The notes under the pieces: generated by a model | What the model saw: the letters and a program-made list of their open reading frames with translations, nothing else | Databases searched by the model: none | What the model was told of the DNA's origin: nothing | From: Thermoproteus sp. | GTDB taxonomy: Archaea; Thermoproteota; Thermoprotei; Thermoproteales; Thermoproteaceae | Reading direction: 5' to 3' | NCBI GenBank assembly: GCA_049976425.1 | Contig: JBMFIG010000012.1 | Span: forward strand, 1 to 40,745 | Length of the DNA: 40,745 nt | Translations under genes and position numbers: made by a program | Shown: positions 40,707 through 40,745 of the stretch, piece after piece | Numbering within the stretch: position 1 is the stretch's first letter | Layout: each line of letters starts with the position of its first letter

Positions 40707-40745
40707 TCGGTTGCGTCGGCCGGGGCGTTGTTGGCGGCCCGGCTC

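Noticed and set aside
32420-40745. Integrated virus or plasmid at the tRNA
   Set aside because: I found no duplicated tRNA 3' end (att site) and no integrase; downstream genes are ordinary chromosomal ones.

Overview
GC-rich archaeal chromosome segment, most consistent with Thermoproteaceae (Thermoproteus/Pyrobaculum-like). This is an inference from the paREP-type repeat families, a multi-intron tRNA, leaderless GTG/ATG starts about 25 bp after TATA-like boxes, and AGG/ATA codon bias. Intact housekeeping genes: 3' end of glutamate dehydrogenase, a 2-hydroxyacid dehydrogenase, a HerA-like ATPase, vapBC, dph2, type IA topoisomerase, XPD helicase, a D-amino-acid dehydrogenase with an APC permease, tmcA, nadABC, macrodomain and MJ1316/DUF504 genes, and nuoD-H-I. 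Two zones of decay stand out. At 15.8-18.3 kb there is a frameshifted coiled-coil paREP nuclease, an acyl-CoA synthetase remnant and a doubly broken HEPN-MNT pair. At 21.9-31.2 kb a [NiFe]-hydrogenase maturation island has frameshifted hypD, hoxN and hypF, while the embedded ABC importer and DUF364 gene are intact. The most unusual locus is at 32.3-35.0 kb: an initiator tRNA-Met with two non-canonical introns (38/39 and 57/58) and a structured leader, faced by a PaRep2b/LAGLIDADG-like protein and followed by macrodomain and MJ1316 genes and a long unexplained hairpin. No CRISPR array, rRNA, transposase or integrase was seen.
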